A stretch of 64,000 bases of DNA from Felis catus (taxonomy: Eukaryota), in the NCBI RefSeq assembly GCF_018350175.1, contig NC_058383.1, forward strand, positions 10,046,001-10,110,000, read 5' to 3'. How positions within the stretch are numbered: position 1 is the first letter of the stretch; each line of letters opens with the position of its first letter. The translations under genes and the position numbers were made by a program. The notes under the pieces were generated by a model. The model did no database searches. It was not told where the DNA came from and saw only the letters and a program-made list of their open reading frames with translations. Below, piece by piece: positions 13,025 through 26,348 of the stretch.

Positions 13025-14300
13025 TTTTATCCATTCATTTATTAATAATCTTATTGAACACCTACTCTGCACCAGGCACTGAGTGATGAGACACAAAGAT
13101 GAATCATGAAGTCCTTACCTCAAGCAGATCAAGTCTGTGAGAGTCTACAAAACTTACAATATAATGTGGCAAAATACTGTAACAGAGATTGGGACAAAAA
13201 AAAATACTATGAGAGCAGAGAGGAGCAACTCTAACTTGGTCTGGAAGACAGGCAAAGGAGAGGCCTAGAACGACTAGAACTTGTTCAAAGACTATAAGCC
13301 GTAAAATGAGTGAATATGATCTAGGCTATAGTAAAAACATCAGACTAAAGACACGGAGGAGCCAAATTATAAATAACACTGTACACCTTTTTAAAAAAAA
13401 CTTTAAATGTTTATTTTTGAAAGAGGGAAAGTATGAGCGGGGGAAGGACAGAGAGAGGGAGACAGGATCTGAAGCAGGTTCTGTGCTGACAGCAAAGAGC
13501 CCAATGTGGGGCCCAAACTCATAAACTGTGAGATCATGACCTGAACCGAAGTTGAACACTTAACCGAGTCACCCAGGTACCCCCATTATTTTTTTTTTTT
13601 TTTTTAAGTAGGCTCCATGTCCAATGTCCAGCGTAGGGCTTGAACTCGAGACCCTAAGATCAAGAGTCACATGCTCTACCAACTGAGCCAGCAGCCAGGA
13701 GCCCTAACACTGTATACCCTTTAGAGACTGGAATTTGTCTCATGGGCACTAGGGAAACAAAGGATTTCTTGTCTAACTAACTAGATATACATTTTGAAAG
13801 ATTACCAGTCTGAAAAAAACTGAGAAAGAAAATAACACTTTTGAAACTTAGAAAATGAGTAAAATGGCAAGGTGAGACTGAAGAATGGGAAATCACAAGA
13901 TGTAATGTAATACTAAACACCTGAATTAATGTAACTGGAATGGAGACTCAAAGAGTCAAGAGGTATTTAGAATAGAAGACTTGGTAACCACCTAGATGTG
14001 GAAATGCTAACGGCTTCCAAGTTTTCTGCCTTAGGGACCAAGGAGACGACAGTGTCATTAACTGAGTAAAAGAATGCTGAAAGACGAGCAGGATTCTTGT
14101 TGACATGCCTTGGGAAGACAACATAAGCAAGACGATTAATTCAGCTTTACAGGTGTTAAATTTGAACTGCTTGGGACATGCATGTGAAGACTAGATCTAA
14201 AGTTTAGGAGTTAAACTGATGTGGTCCTGGAAATCGTCAGCCTTTATACAGATTAAGAATTTAAACTGTGGACGGAATGAAATGTAACAGTACACTTCTG
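13025..14300 (-). mobile_element. L2 fragments interrupted by two minus-strand CanSINEs (~13400-13705)
   Basis: L2 3'-end signature TTCATTTATT...TATTGAACACCTACTCTGCACCAGGCACT. Confidence 0.6.
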
Positions 14301-16406
14301 CAGAAAAATTAAAAGGCAGCAAGGGTGCCTGGGTGGCTCAGTAGGTCAAATGACCAACTCTTATTTTCAGCTCAGGTCACTATCTCATGGTTCATGAGTT
14401 TGAGCCCCATATTGGGCTCCTCACTGATAGCACAGAACCTGCTTGGGATTCTGTCTCCCATTCTCTCTCTTGGTCCATTTCCCAATCACATGCGTACACT
14501 CTCTCTCTCAAAATAAATAAATAAACTTAAAAAAAAAAAAAGGCAGCAGGCAGCTCTTCCTGCCCACAGGCTTTATCCCCGTACTTTAATAAAACCACCT
14601 TTTTGCACCAAAAAAAAAAAAGGAGAGGGAACAGAAAATTCCTATGAAAAATAATTTAATGAGAAAAGGAGGTTAAAAAAAAACAAAACAGGAAAGTAGG
14701 GGTGCTTGGCTGGTTCAGTTGGAAAAGTATGTGACTCCTGATCTCAGGGTCATGAGTTCAAGTCCCATATTGGGTGCAGAAATTACTAAAAATAAAAATA
14801 AAACAGAAAAGTAGTTGGGAAACCTAAGAGACTATGGTACTAAATAAGCTGAAAGATATGAGAGTGACCAACTGTTAAATGGAACAGAAAAGTAAAAAAA
14901 AAAAAACAAAGAAGAAATCAGTGAATTCTGCAATTAGGGGGTCACCTATAACCTTATTAGGAACAGTTTTAGGAATAAAGAGGCAGAAGTCACACTTATA
15001 CATAACAGCGTAAGGAATAAACTCATGGTCAGAAAGCAGAGACAACATTCTCAAGAATCTTACCTTGAATGAATTAAGACAGAAATAGAACAACAGGATC
15101 AAGGGAGGATAGTTTTTGTTTTTAGAAAATGGGACTTTATAAGTTAAGAATGATTAGAAAAAGGGTTTAAAACATTCTATAGTAGAGTAATAAGTTTACC
15201 TATTCCTTGAAAAACTAGGAGGGAATGGAATTCAAAGAACAAGTATCTTCGCCAATTGGAAAGTCCACTCCCTTCTAAGACGGAGGAAGAATACAGAAAT
15301 TGCTACCAGAGAGGTTAGGAACACAAAGCTGAAAAGTTCCTGCCCTAATACATTATTTCTGCCCCCCACAAAGTAAAAGGCAAGGTCACATGATGAGAAC
15401 ATATTTTTCATACTGGAATTTGCCTATCATATTTCTATGAAAATTCTAATCAATTTTTCCCTGAAGACATTCAGAGTACACCGTAACATTCTTTAGCTCA
15501 CCTACGACGCGTAACAATATACTAGAAATGACATTATATCCCAATAATTAAAACCTGAACTAAGGCACAGGCTCTAAAAAATAGCCAAAGCCTAAAACCA
15601 GCAGTTCCTGGTACATGATGCTTAAGGTATAAAACTAACAACTGTAACACATCATTGGTATGCCAATGATTTGATTCTATAAGAAAAGAAGTGTTAGAAG
15701 ACCTAACAGCCAACACTTAACCAAAACACTTATCCTCCTCAAATCTTAGGATCTGTGAAAAACACACATATTATAAACCTCCAGTATCAAAAAGGAGAAA
15801 AACTGAAAAACACAGACATTAGCATTCACAGTACACAGTGGAAAACAAAACTAAAGTATCAACAACTGCGGGGGAGGGGGACAGCTACACAACAATCTCA
15901 GAAGCTGCCTTGGGAGTAGGTAAGGACATCCCTCTAAAACCATCTGCACATATCCAAAACATCTGGAGACACAAAACAGAAGGCAGACGGTGGAACATTC
16001 TAATGCAACATTCTAACTCGAACTTTATGACAGTTAAATAATGAAGTAAAATTACTGGATCCTCTAACAGTCACAGAGAGGAGATCAGTATACACAAACC
16101 CTCTTGAGTAATCCTATTTTTGGAAAAAGAAGGGACCCAAATAAATTATTTGGTTTATTTACACAAATTATAAAAAAAAAAAAAGAAGGATTCAGAGGCT
16201 AAAAAGTCTCCCCGGTGAACAACATCTCTGTTTCTCAACTTTCAACACATCATGGTTAAGGTCTCCAGGCCCCTAAAATTTACTTTTAGAGTTTCACAAT
16301 TCTGGCAATTCCTATCTGAGAGGGACCTGAATTTATGCAGATAAAATGAAATCTCTTAAAAGCACCGCAATGGCTTACAAAATGAAAAAAGAAAAAAAAA
16401 AAGAGC

Positions 16407-16745
<339 letters not shown>

Positions 16746-17104
16746 TGGATTCGAATTAGCTCCTCCTATTCCAATCGCCCCCCTTCCACGCATCCTTATG
16801 AATGTCCAACTTGGGAGAAAAGGAAAGCAAACTCTTTCCCATCCTGAGTAGGCAGGTATGTGCACACAGATTTCTAAGCAGCCAGAGGTAAGACTTCCCC
16901 CTGGTCTTAACTGTGTGGGGAGATTTAAATCTCGATTCCCTTAGTGGATATTTTAATTGTTTTCTGAATCATAAATGAACAAAAACATATCTATTTATCT
17001 ATAAAACTTAATTACAAATTTAATTGTTAGAACTCAAAAGATTTATGGAGGATAAAATAAACAGAGTAGCATAACTCACTAAGGAAAGCTAGCATCATAC
17101 ATAC

Positions 17105-17306
17105 TAATACTCTCTCTCCTTCCTTCATCCTCTTTTACAATTGGCTCCTTCTTCTGATGATCCTGAGCAATTTGGCTAGAATTCTCTTTGTCACTTGAGG
17201 GAGAATCACAGGCACCGTCTGATTTCTTCTCAGTGGCCTCTTCATCCACTTTCTCCAAAGGATGAATCTTCACAATCCTCACCTTGAGCATTTTTTCCTT
17301 CCCAAC
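17105..17306 (-). CDS. BAZ1B: BAZ1B coding exon 4 (VGKEKMLKVRIVKIHPLEK...EDEGRRESI)
   Basis: Acceptor TTTATAG|, donor TA|GTATGT. 202 nt, overlaps ORF 17079..17291. Confidence 0.96.
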
Positions 17307-18834
17307 CTATAAAGGAGACAAGAGAGAATCAAAGATAATAAAGAACCAAGAACCTAAAGATGTTTAGAATATATTATCCAATATGTATCCCACTTCACCT
17401 GACAAAAAAATTCACTGAAAAAGTAGCCAAGTTGTGATTTTTTTTCCAACTTTGTTTCTCAGACTTCTAAACGGCAATAGGATACCTTAAAAAATAAAAT
17501 GATCACAATCTAGTTCATAATTCATGTACCGATGTACTAAGGCTAAAAGGCCATCACTACACTAACCTGACATATGTGTAAACACAGTTCAAGAACTTCC
17601 ATTTTGTTAAAAAATCAACTACGTAGGGGTGCCTGGCTGGCTCAGTCAGAATAGCATGCAACTCTTGATCCTGAGGTTGTGAGTTCCAACTCCACGTTGG
17701 GTGTAGAGATTACTTAAAAATAATATCTTTGATAAATATATAACTATACATACGAATATCCAATTATTTTAGAATCATCTGTTGAAAAGACTATCTTTTC
17801 TTCACTTAATCACCTATCAAAAATGAGCAGCGTGTGTATACATGGATGGACGTATAGGAGTCTATTTCTGGATGCTATTGTGTCCCAATGAATCTATTAG
17901 TCTATCTTTACAACAATTTCATACCACCTTAATACTTGAAAATAAGGCTCAAAATCAGACAGTATTATACCTCTAACTTGGTTGTTCTTTGTCAAAGTTC
18001 TTTGCATTTTCACATGAATTTTACAATCAGCTTGACAGTTCCCATAAAAAGCTTCTGGGATTTTTTAAAATAATTTTTTAATTTGAGTATAGTTGAAAAG
18101 CTGCTAGGATTTTATAGCATTTGTGGTGTATCTACACATCACTTTGGGAAGAACTGCCATTTTAACAATACTGAGTTTTCTGACCCATGAAGACAATATC
18201 TCTCTCCATCATTTAAGATCTTGTTTAATTTCTCTCAGAAACATTTTATAATTTTTAGTGTCTAGGTCTTGTATGCCTCTTGTCAGATTTACTCCTAGAG
18301 CACAGCATATTTTTGATGTTATCATAAATGGTACTGATCTTTCTAAATTTCAATTTCCAATTGCATGTTGCTAACATTGGTTTTCATATTATTTACCCTA
18401 TATCCTGCTACCCTGCTAAACTCACTTGTTAGTTCTAAGAGGTTTTATGGGAGATTCCAGATTTTCTACATGGACAATCATGCTGTCTACACATAAAGAT
18501 AACTATACTTCTTCCTTTACAATTTAGATGCCCTTTATTTCCTTTTCTTGACATACAACTAGCTAGAACCTCAAATACAATGTTAAATGGAGTAGGAGAG
18601 CAAGCATTCAGTCTTTTACCATTAGGTATAATGCTAGCTGGTGACTAATCTGTAAATATCCTTTATCAGGTTGAAGAAATTTTTTTTTTTTTTTAGGTTG
18701 AAGAAATTTCTATTTGCAGTTTGCTATAAGTTTTTATTAGGAACTAATGTTGGACTTTGTTGAATGCTTTCTTTGTGTAAACTGGAGATGACCATATAGT
18801 TTTTCTTGGTTGTTCTTAACTGAATTATAAATAA

Positions 18835-19260
18835 CTGAGCCCAAATGTCCATCAACAGATGAATGGATAAAGATGTGGTACATAAATATATACAATGGAG
18901 TACTACTCAGCAATCAAAAAGAACGAAATCTTGCCATTTATGACAATGTGGATGGAACCAGAGGATATTATGCTAAGCAAAATTAGAGAAAGACAAGTAT
19001 CGTATGACTTCACTCATATGAGGAATTTAAGATACGAAACAGATGAACATAAGGGGAAGGGAAGCAAAAATAACATAAAAAACAGGGAGGGGGACAAAAC
19101 ATAAAAGACTCTTAAATATAAAGAACAGAGGGTTACTAGAAGGATTGTGGGAGGAGGGTGGACTAAATGGGTAAGGGGCATTAAGGAATCTACTCCTGAA
19201 ATCATTGTTGCACTACGTGCTAACAAACATGGATGTAAATTTACAAATATATTTTAAAAA
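18835..19260 (+). mobile_element. 5'-truncated carnivore L1 3' end (ORF2 C-terminus plus 3' UTR)
   Basis: ORF MEYYSAIKKNEILPFMTMWMEPEDIMLSKI resembles the L1 ORF2 C-terminus. Flanked by GAATTATA repeats, with a SINE (19272-~19500) in its tail. Confidence 0.88.
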
Positions 19261-21946
19261 AGAATTATACAGGGGCGCCTGGGTGGCTCAGTCGGTTAAG
19301 CGGCCAACTTCGGCCCAGGTCATGATCTCGCGGTCCGTGACTTCGAGCCCCGCGTTGGGCTCTGTGCTGACAGCTCAGAGCCTGGAGCCTGTTTCAGATT
19401 CTGTGTCTCCCTCTCTCTGACCCTCCCCCGTTCATGCTTTGTCTCTCTCTGTCTCAAAAATAAATCAATGCTAAAAAAAATAAATAAATAAAATAAATAA
19501 AAAAGAATTATACATAAATTTACAACAACTTTGCATTTGGAGGATTAACCCCACTGGGTAATGATGAATTATCCTTCTCCTAAGGAAGTGTTGCATTTCA
19601 TTTGCTAAAATTTTGATTAGAAAATTTTCCATCTATGGGTACCTGGGTGGCTCAGTCAGTTGAGCTTCTAACTCTTGATTTTGCCTCAGGTCATGATCCC
19701 AGGGTTGCGTGATCGAACCCTGAGCTGGGTTCTGTGCTGAACGTGGAACCTGCTTGGGATTTTTTCTCTCCTCTCTCTCTCTCTCCCCTCTGCCCCTCTC
19801 CCCTGATTGTGGTCTCTCTCTTGCTCTCTAAAAATAAAAACAATAAAAATAGGAGTGCCTGGGTGATTCAGTCAGTTAAGCATCCAACTTCAGCTCAGGT
19901 CATGATCTCACAGTTCATGGGTGGGAGCCCCACGTCAGCCTCTGTGCTGATAGCTCAGAACCTGGAGTCTGCTTCAGATTCTGTGTCTCCCTCTCTCTCT
20001 GCCCCATTTCCACTTGCACTCTCTCTCAAAAATAAACATTAAAAAAAAATTTTTTTAATAAAAATAAAGAAATTTTGCATCTATGTTCACACAGGAGTTT
20101 TGTGAACACAGAATTTTTTTTTGCCTTAGTCCATAGTTTTTTCTTATAATGTGTTTATATGGTCTTAGTATTGGGGTAATACTGACCTCATACAATAATG
20201 TGCAAAGAATTCCCTCCTCCCTCCGCTCTTCTATTTTCTGGAAACATCCGGATAGAATTGGTGCTATTTCTTCCTTAAATGTTTGGTAGAACTCACCAAT
20301 GAAGACATTTGGGCCTGGAGTTTTGCCAGATAATTTTAACTACAAACTCATTTTCTTTAATAGATATAGGACTGTTAAGGTTTTTATTTCTTGCTGAATG
20401 CATTTTGGTAGTATCTTTCAAGGAATTTGTCCATTTAAGTTGTCAAATTTATTGGCATAAAGATGCTCCTAACATTCTCTTATAATCCTGTCAATATATG
20501 TAGACTGTAGTGACATCATCTAATTCCTCATATTGGTTAATTTGTATCCTCTCTTTTTTTCCTGAGAGTTTGGCTAGAGGTTTATCAATTTTACTGATCT
20601 TTTCAAATTACCAGCTTTTGGTTGCACGACTTTCCTGTTTTCTATTTTACTGATTTTCACTTTGATCTAAACTTATTAAATCTTTTCTTCTTGTTTTCTT
20701 TGAATTTGAAAGCTCTTCTTTTTCTTAATTTCTTAAGGTAGAAGTCAATGATTTGAGAACTTTCTATTTTGTTTGTTTAAAGTTGCTTGGTTGTTTAGTG
20801 CTATACATTTCTCCTAAGCCCTACCATAAGCAACATCTCACAAATTCTAATATATTGTGTTTTCATTTTTTTTTTAATGTTTATTTATTTTGAGAGAGAG
20901 AGAGACGCACATCCAAGCGGGGAGCGGGAGGGAGAGTGGGAGAGGGGAAGAGAGAGAGAGAGAATTTCCCAAGCATGCTTGATCTCAGGAACCGTGAGAT
21001 CATCACCTGAGTCAAATGCTTAACCAACTGAGTCACCCAGATGCCTTCATTCACATTCAGTTCAAAACATTTTCTAATTTCCCTTTTGATTTTCCCTTAA
21101 CTCTGAGTAAGTTAAAGGTATGTTATTTAGTTTCCAATTATTTGTAATTTCCAATTATTTGCAGTTTCCAGATAACTATTATTGATTTCTAATGTAATTC
21201 CATTTTCATCACAGTATATTCTCTGTAGGACTTGAATCCTTTTCAATTTATTTTATGGCCCAGAGTATGATCCACCTTGGTAAACTATACATTTGAGAGG
21301 AATGTCTCTTCTGCAGTTATCAGGTAGAGTATTTTATAAATGGTAATTAAGTCACATTGGTTGATAATGCTAACTCAAGTTTTCCATATTCTTGCTGACT
21401 TTCTGTCTCCATTTTCTATCAGTTACTGAGAAGAGAGGTGTTGAAAACTCCAACCATAACTATGATATCTATTTTTTCTTACAACTCTATCCATTTTTGT
21501 TTCATATATCTTGAAAAACTCATTAGTAAATGCATAAACATTAAAGGCTGCTGTGTCTTCTTAAAAAACTGACCCCTCTCATTATGAAATATTTAACTAA
21601 AATTCAAATTAAAAAAAAAAATGTAGGGGCGCCTGGGTGGCTCAGTCTGTTAAGTGTTCAACTTCAGCTCAGGTCATGATCTCGCAGTTAGTTCTTGAGT
21701 TCAAGCCCCGCATCAGGCTCTGTGCTGACAGCTCAGAGCCTGGAGCCTGCTTCAGATTCTGTGTCTCCCTCTCTCTCTGCCCACCCTTGCTCACACACTC
21801 TCTCTCTCCCAAAAATAAACACTAAAAAAAAAAAAAAATTAAAAAAAAATTTTACCTATGGTAATACTTTTTGCCCTGAAATCTACTTTGTCTTATATTT
21901 ACATAGCCATTCCAGATTTCTTTCCTTTTGTGAGAGAGAGAAAGAA

Positions 21947-21952
21947 CACACG

Positions 21953-22005
<53 letters not shown>
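21947..22005. repeat. (CA)n microsatellite within a minus-strand CanSINE
   Basis: Directly visible. Confidence 0.95.
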
Positions 22006-22008
<3 letters not shown>

Positions 22009-23799
22009 GCAGGGAAGGAGGGGCAGAGGGAGAGGTAGAAAGAATCTCAAACAGGCTCCAAGCCCAACACAGAGCTCCACACCGGGCTCAATCTCAATCT
22101 CACAATTATGAGATAACGACCTGAGCCAAAATCAAGAGTTGGGTGCTCAACCTACTGAGCCACCCAGGCACCTTGCCATTCCAGAATTCTTTTTTTTTTT
22201 AAGTTTATGTATTTACTCTGAGAGAGAGTTGGGGGAAGGGGAAGAGAGAGAGGGAGAGAGGGAAAATCCCAGGCAGGTTCCACACTCTCAGTGCAGAGCC
22301 CAATGCAGCGCTTGGACTCACAAACCATGAGATCATGACCTGAGCTGAAGTCAGCTTAAGTGACTGAGCCACCCAGGTGACCCCAGATTTCTTTTAATGT
22401 TAAGATGATACCTCTTTCTCCATCTTTTTACCATTATCCTATTTGCATCGTATAGGCAGCATATAATTGCATCTTGCTTTTTTATCCAATCTGGCAATTT
22501 CTATCTTTTAACTTAAATGTTTAGATCATTTATATTAAATAATTATAAATACCACTAGGCATAGTTGCTTTCTATTCAGCATCATGAAAACTAAAAAAAT
22601 TGTGCTCTTTAAAAGACACTGTTAAGAGAACCAAAACACAAGCCTCAACGGGCGACTGGGTGGCTCAGTAGGTTGAGTGTCTGACTTTTGGGTCAGGTCA
22701 TGATCTCATGGTCCATGAGTTTGAGCCCCATGTCAGGCTCTGTGCTGACAGCTCAGAGCCTGGAGCCTGCTTCGAGTTCTGTGTCTTCCTCTCTCTCTGT
22801 CCCTCCCCTGCTTGCACTCTCTCTCTCTCAAAAAAATAAACATTAAAAAACAAAAAACATAAAACACAAGCCCTAGTGGGGAGCAAATAAAGAACTTGTA
22901 TCCAGATCTAATAAAGGACTTGTATCCAGAATAAAAAAGTCTCAAAACTCAAAAACAAGAAAACAATCCAATTTAAAAATGGACAAAGATTTTTTTTATT
23001 TTTTTTTAATGTTTATTTATTTTTGAGAGAGAGAGAGACAGAGCATGAACGGGGGAGGGTCGGAGAGAGGGAGACACAGAATCTGCAACAGGCTCCAGGC
23101 TCTGAGCTTTCAGCACAGAGCCCGACGTGGGGCTTGAACTCACGGACCGTGAGATCATGACCTGAGCCGAAGTCGGACGCTTAACCTACTGAGCCACCCT
23201 GGCGCCCCAAAATGGACATTTGAACAGACACTTCATCAAAAGAAATATATATAAAAGGATAGCAACAAAAATATGAGAAGATCTTCGACATTATTAGTTA
23301 TTAAAATGATATTTGGGGACACCTAAGTGGCTCAGTCAGTTAAGCATCCAACTCTTGATTTTACCTCAGGTCAGGATCTCCGTTTTGTGAATTCAAGCCC
23401 TGTATTGGGCTCCGTGCTGACAGTGCAAAGCCTGCTTGGAATTCTCTGCCTCCCTCTCTCTCTGCTCCTCCTCACTCCCTCTCTCTCTCTCTCAAAAGTA
23501 AAATAAACATTTAAAAACACCAACAAAAAAAGGTATCTAAGAAAAAAAATCCTTGGTCAAAAGGTATGTGCACATTCAATTGTCTTCAATAATGTTGAAG
23601 TGTTTATCAAAATAGTTCCACATTCTTGTCAAAACTTGGCATTATTTTTACTTTTTCTTATTTACTAATCTGATATGTATAAAATGGTCCTGCTATGCTT
23701 TTTACTTGATTTCTTGGATCACTATGTTTTCATACGTTTTATGGGCATACAGATCCCCCAATTTTAATTTCTCTCTCCCCCTTTGTCAAACTTTGCCTC

Positions 23800-24340
23800 T
23801 TTCACCTTCCAGATGTGTACAGCATATTTTCCTCGTGCCACTCCAAATCTGTCTCCATTCTGGTCTACCTTGCTCTGGGCTTATACAGGCTGATCTTTGT
23901 GGCCTACATCAAAGGGCTCCCTTGTCCTCTAGATTTTGGTGAGTTCAACCCATGGGAAACAAGAGCAGAAAATCAGATAGTGGAAGAAAAGTGATGTCGG
24001 GGTATTTACTCCCATCTCCCTGTGAAATGGGTCGCACCTTACTACCGAAATACTCTTCTCTTCCACAACTACATTACTCTCTTCTTGTTCCAGTACCCAC
24101 TCCCTCCTGTTTCTTACAATTTTCTTACAATGCTTATATAAGCATTTTCTCACTCTGAATACAGTCATAAGTTCACAACCAAGAGGCACCAAAGCTAAGG
24201 ACAAAACCAATACACTGAGAAGCCCAAAGAAGAAAGGCAGAAAGACACAAAGCATAGGTCCTTGACAATATTTCCCAACCTCTATGCCACATCTGGTGTC
24301 ACCCACCTCTAAGACTTACATGAGATAACCAAATGTTTTC
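23800..24340. mobile_element. Old ERVL/MaLR-type LTR relic
   Basis: GGGCTCCCTTGTCCTCT...GTCGGGGTATTTACTCCC motif resembles ERVL-class LTRs. Family uncertain. Confidence 0.4.
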
Positions 24341-24764
24341 ACTGCCTAAACCAATGCTATACTACTCAATGCTATCCACAGAGTATCATCATCATACCCC
24401 AGAGCTTGTTAGAAATGCATACTTTTAGGGCCTATCCTAGACCTTCTGAACCAAACTATCAGGGGATGGCACCCAAGAATGTATATTCAGAAGTCCTTTA
24501 AGTGATTCTATTTAGGCTAAAGCTTGAGAAGTACTGGGCACTGCTAGTTAGCTACTTCATTACATACAGACGAAATCACTCTTAACTGAAAACATCAATA
24601 TCAACAAGTTTTGTTTTGTTTTTAATTTTCTTTTTTGAGTGATCTCTACACCCAATGTGGGGCCTGAACTCACAACCCCGAGATCAAGAGTCACATGCTC
24701 CACCAACTGAGCCAGCCAAGCGCCTCTGAACACGCTATTTAAATATCTAAGTGAGTGAATGAGT

Positions 24765-24950
24765 GAGGAAGGGAGAGAGGGAAGGAAGAAAAGAAAACAA
24801 AAGAAAAGGAAACAAAAGAAAAGAGAGAAGAAAAGAAAGAAAAGAAAGAAAAGAAAAGGAAAGGAAAGGAAAGGAAAGGAAAGGAAAGGAAAGGAAAGGA
24901 AAGGAAAGAAGGAAGGAAGGAAGGAAGGAAGGAAGGAAGGAAGGAAGGAA

Positions 24951-25011
<61 letters not shown>
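24765..25011. repeat. Compound purine microsatellite (GAAAA)/(GGAAA)n/(GGAA)n/(GAAA)n
   Basis: Directly visible, ~245 nt almost entirely purine on +. Confidence 0.95.
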
Positions 25012-25014
<3 letters not shown>

Positions 25015-25906
25015 TTTGAGCCTATTTACTACTTCAACATTTCTGTGCATATTCTGCAAGACATTATGGTAAAGCAACCAGCCTAGTGTCCACTATATAT
25101 ATTTAACAAATGTTAGTTCCCTTACTCCTGAATCTTACTTTAAGCTTTCAAAGCATTATACAGGGATTGCTTTAGTTTTAGGTTATTATCACTTTAGTAA
25201 TAGTTATCTTTGTGCTATTTGGGCTACAAAATTAAAAAACAAATATAGCAGGGGTGCCTGGGTGGCTCAGTCAGTTAAGCATCCGACTTCGGCTCAGGTC
25301 ATGATCTCACAGTTCATGAGTTAGAGCCCCTCATCAGGCTCTGTGCAGTCAGCAAAGAGCTTGGAGACTGCTTCAGATTGTCTCTCCCTCTCTCTCTGCC
25401 CCTCCCATGCTCCTGCTCGGTCTCTCTCTCTCAAATAAAAACAAAAAAATTTAAAAAAACAACAACAACAACAACAAAAAACAAATTTAGCAGAGAAAGA
25501 AAAAAGTCAACTTGCTCACTATTGTAGTGAAATGACATTCTTTGCTTTTGGTACCACAGATTTGGATTAAACATCTGAAAGTCTTTGAAACAAAGTATGA
25601 AAAAATTACACAACCAAAAAAAGTCAAGATAGCAGTTATCAAAAAGGGCTAAAACAAGGAAAACAAGGATGCAGCAGTACACAGTGTAACAATTTTTGTA
25701 ATATTAACATAATGTTAAATAGTCCCAACAATGATTATGGTTCTAAAATTTGGCCCTTATAATATCTGACACTAAGCAAAGCAAACTTCAAATGTAACAC
25801 AATTTTGCACACAGAAATGTACTCTATAATCTATACTAGAAGCTCTAATCCTGACATATGGTTATGGAGTCAAATTGTACCAAAAAAGGGGGGAGCAGGT
25901 ACTTAC

Positions 25907-26051
25907 CTCAAAATCACACTCTTCTCCCACAGCATATTTGGTCATGATCTCCAACCAAGCAGTATCTACTAACTTCTCTAGAGAGGCTGTGTTATGGTGA
26001 ACCATTTCCAGAACAAGTTTCTCGTACCAGGCAGGGAATTCTTCCTTCAAA
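25907..26051 (-). CDS. BAZ1B: BAZ1B coding exon 3 (LKEEFPAWYEKLVLEMVHHNTASLEKLVDTAWLEIMTKYAVGEECDFE)
   Basis: Acceptor TTTGTTTAG|, donor GAG|GTAAGT. 145 nt, within ORF 25862..26065. Confidence 0.96.
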
Positions 26052-26134
26052 CTAAACAAACACATTATTAGTTACCAAGAAAATGCAGAAAAACCTATCT
26101 AGAGAATTAATTCAAGTTAATTCAAACATTTCTT

Positions 26135-26348
26135 GGGGCGCCTGGGTGGCTCAGTCGGTTGAACATCTGACTTCAGCTCAGGTCACAATCTCGCGGTCCG
26201 CGAGTTCGAGCCCCGCGTCGGGCTCTGGGCTGATGGCTCGGAGCCTGGAGCCTGCTTCCGATTCTGGGTCTCCCTCTCTCTCTGCCCCTCCCCCATTCAT
26301 GCTGTCTCTCTCTGTCTCAAAAATAAATAAACGTTAAAAAAAAAAAAG
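26135..26348 (+). mobile_element. CanSINE (SINEC_Fc-type) ~85 bp upstream of the BAZ1B exon 3 acceptor
   Basis: CpG-rich full body, flanked by ATTTCTT. Confidence 0.9.

Larger units (their letters stand above)
17760..22560 (-). mobile_element. Old degenerate L1 (ORF2 region) interrupted by a younger L1 3' end and multiple CanSINEs
   Basis: T-rich antisense L1 motifs (TCTGTTGAAAAGACTATCTTTT, TTCTTCCTTAAATGTTTGGTAGAACTCACCA, GAGGTGTTGAAAACTCCAACCATAA). Confidence 0.8.

Noticed and set aside
24739..25086. K/E/R-rich and F/S/L-rich ORFs (also at 16346-16865 and 45086-45343)
   Set aside because: Microsatellite translations.
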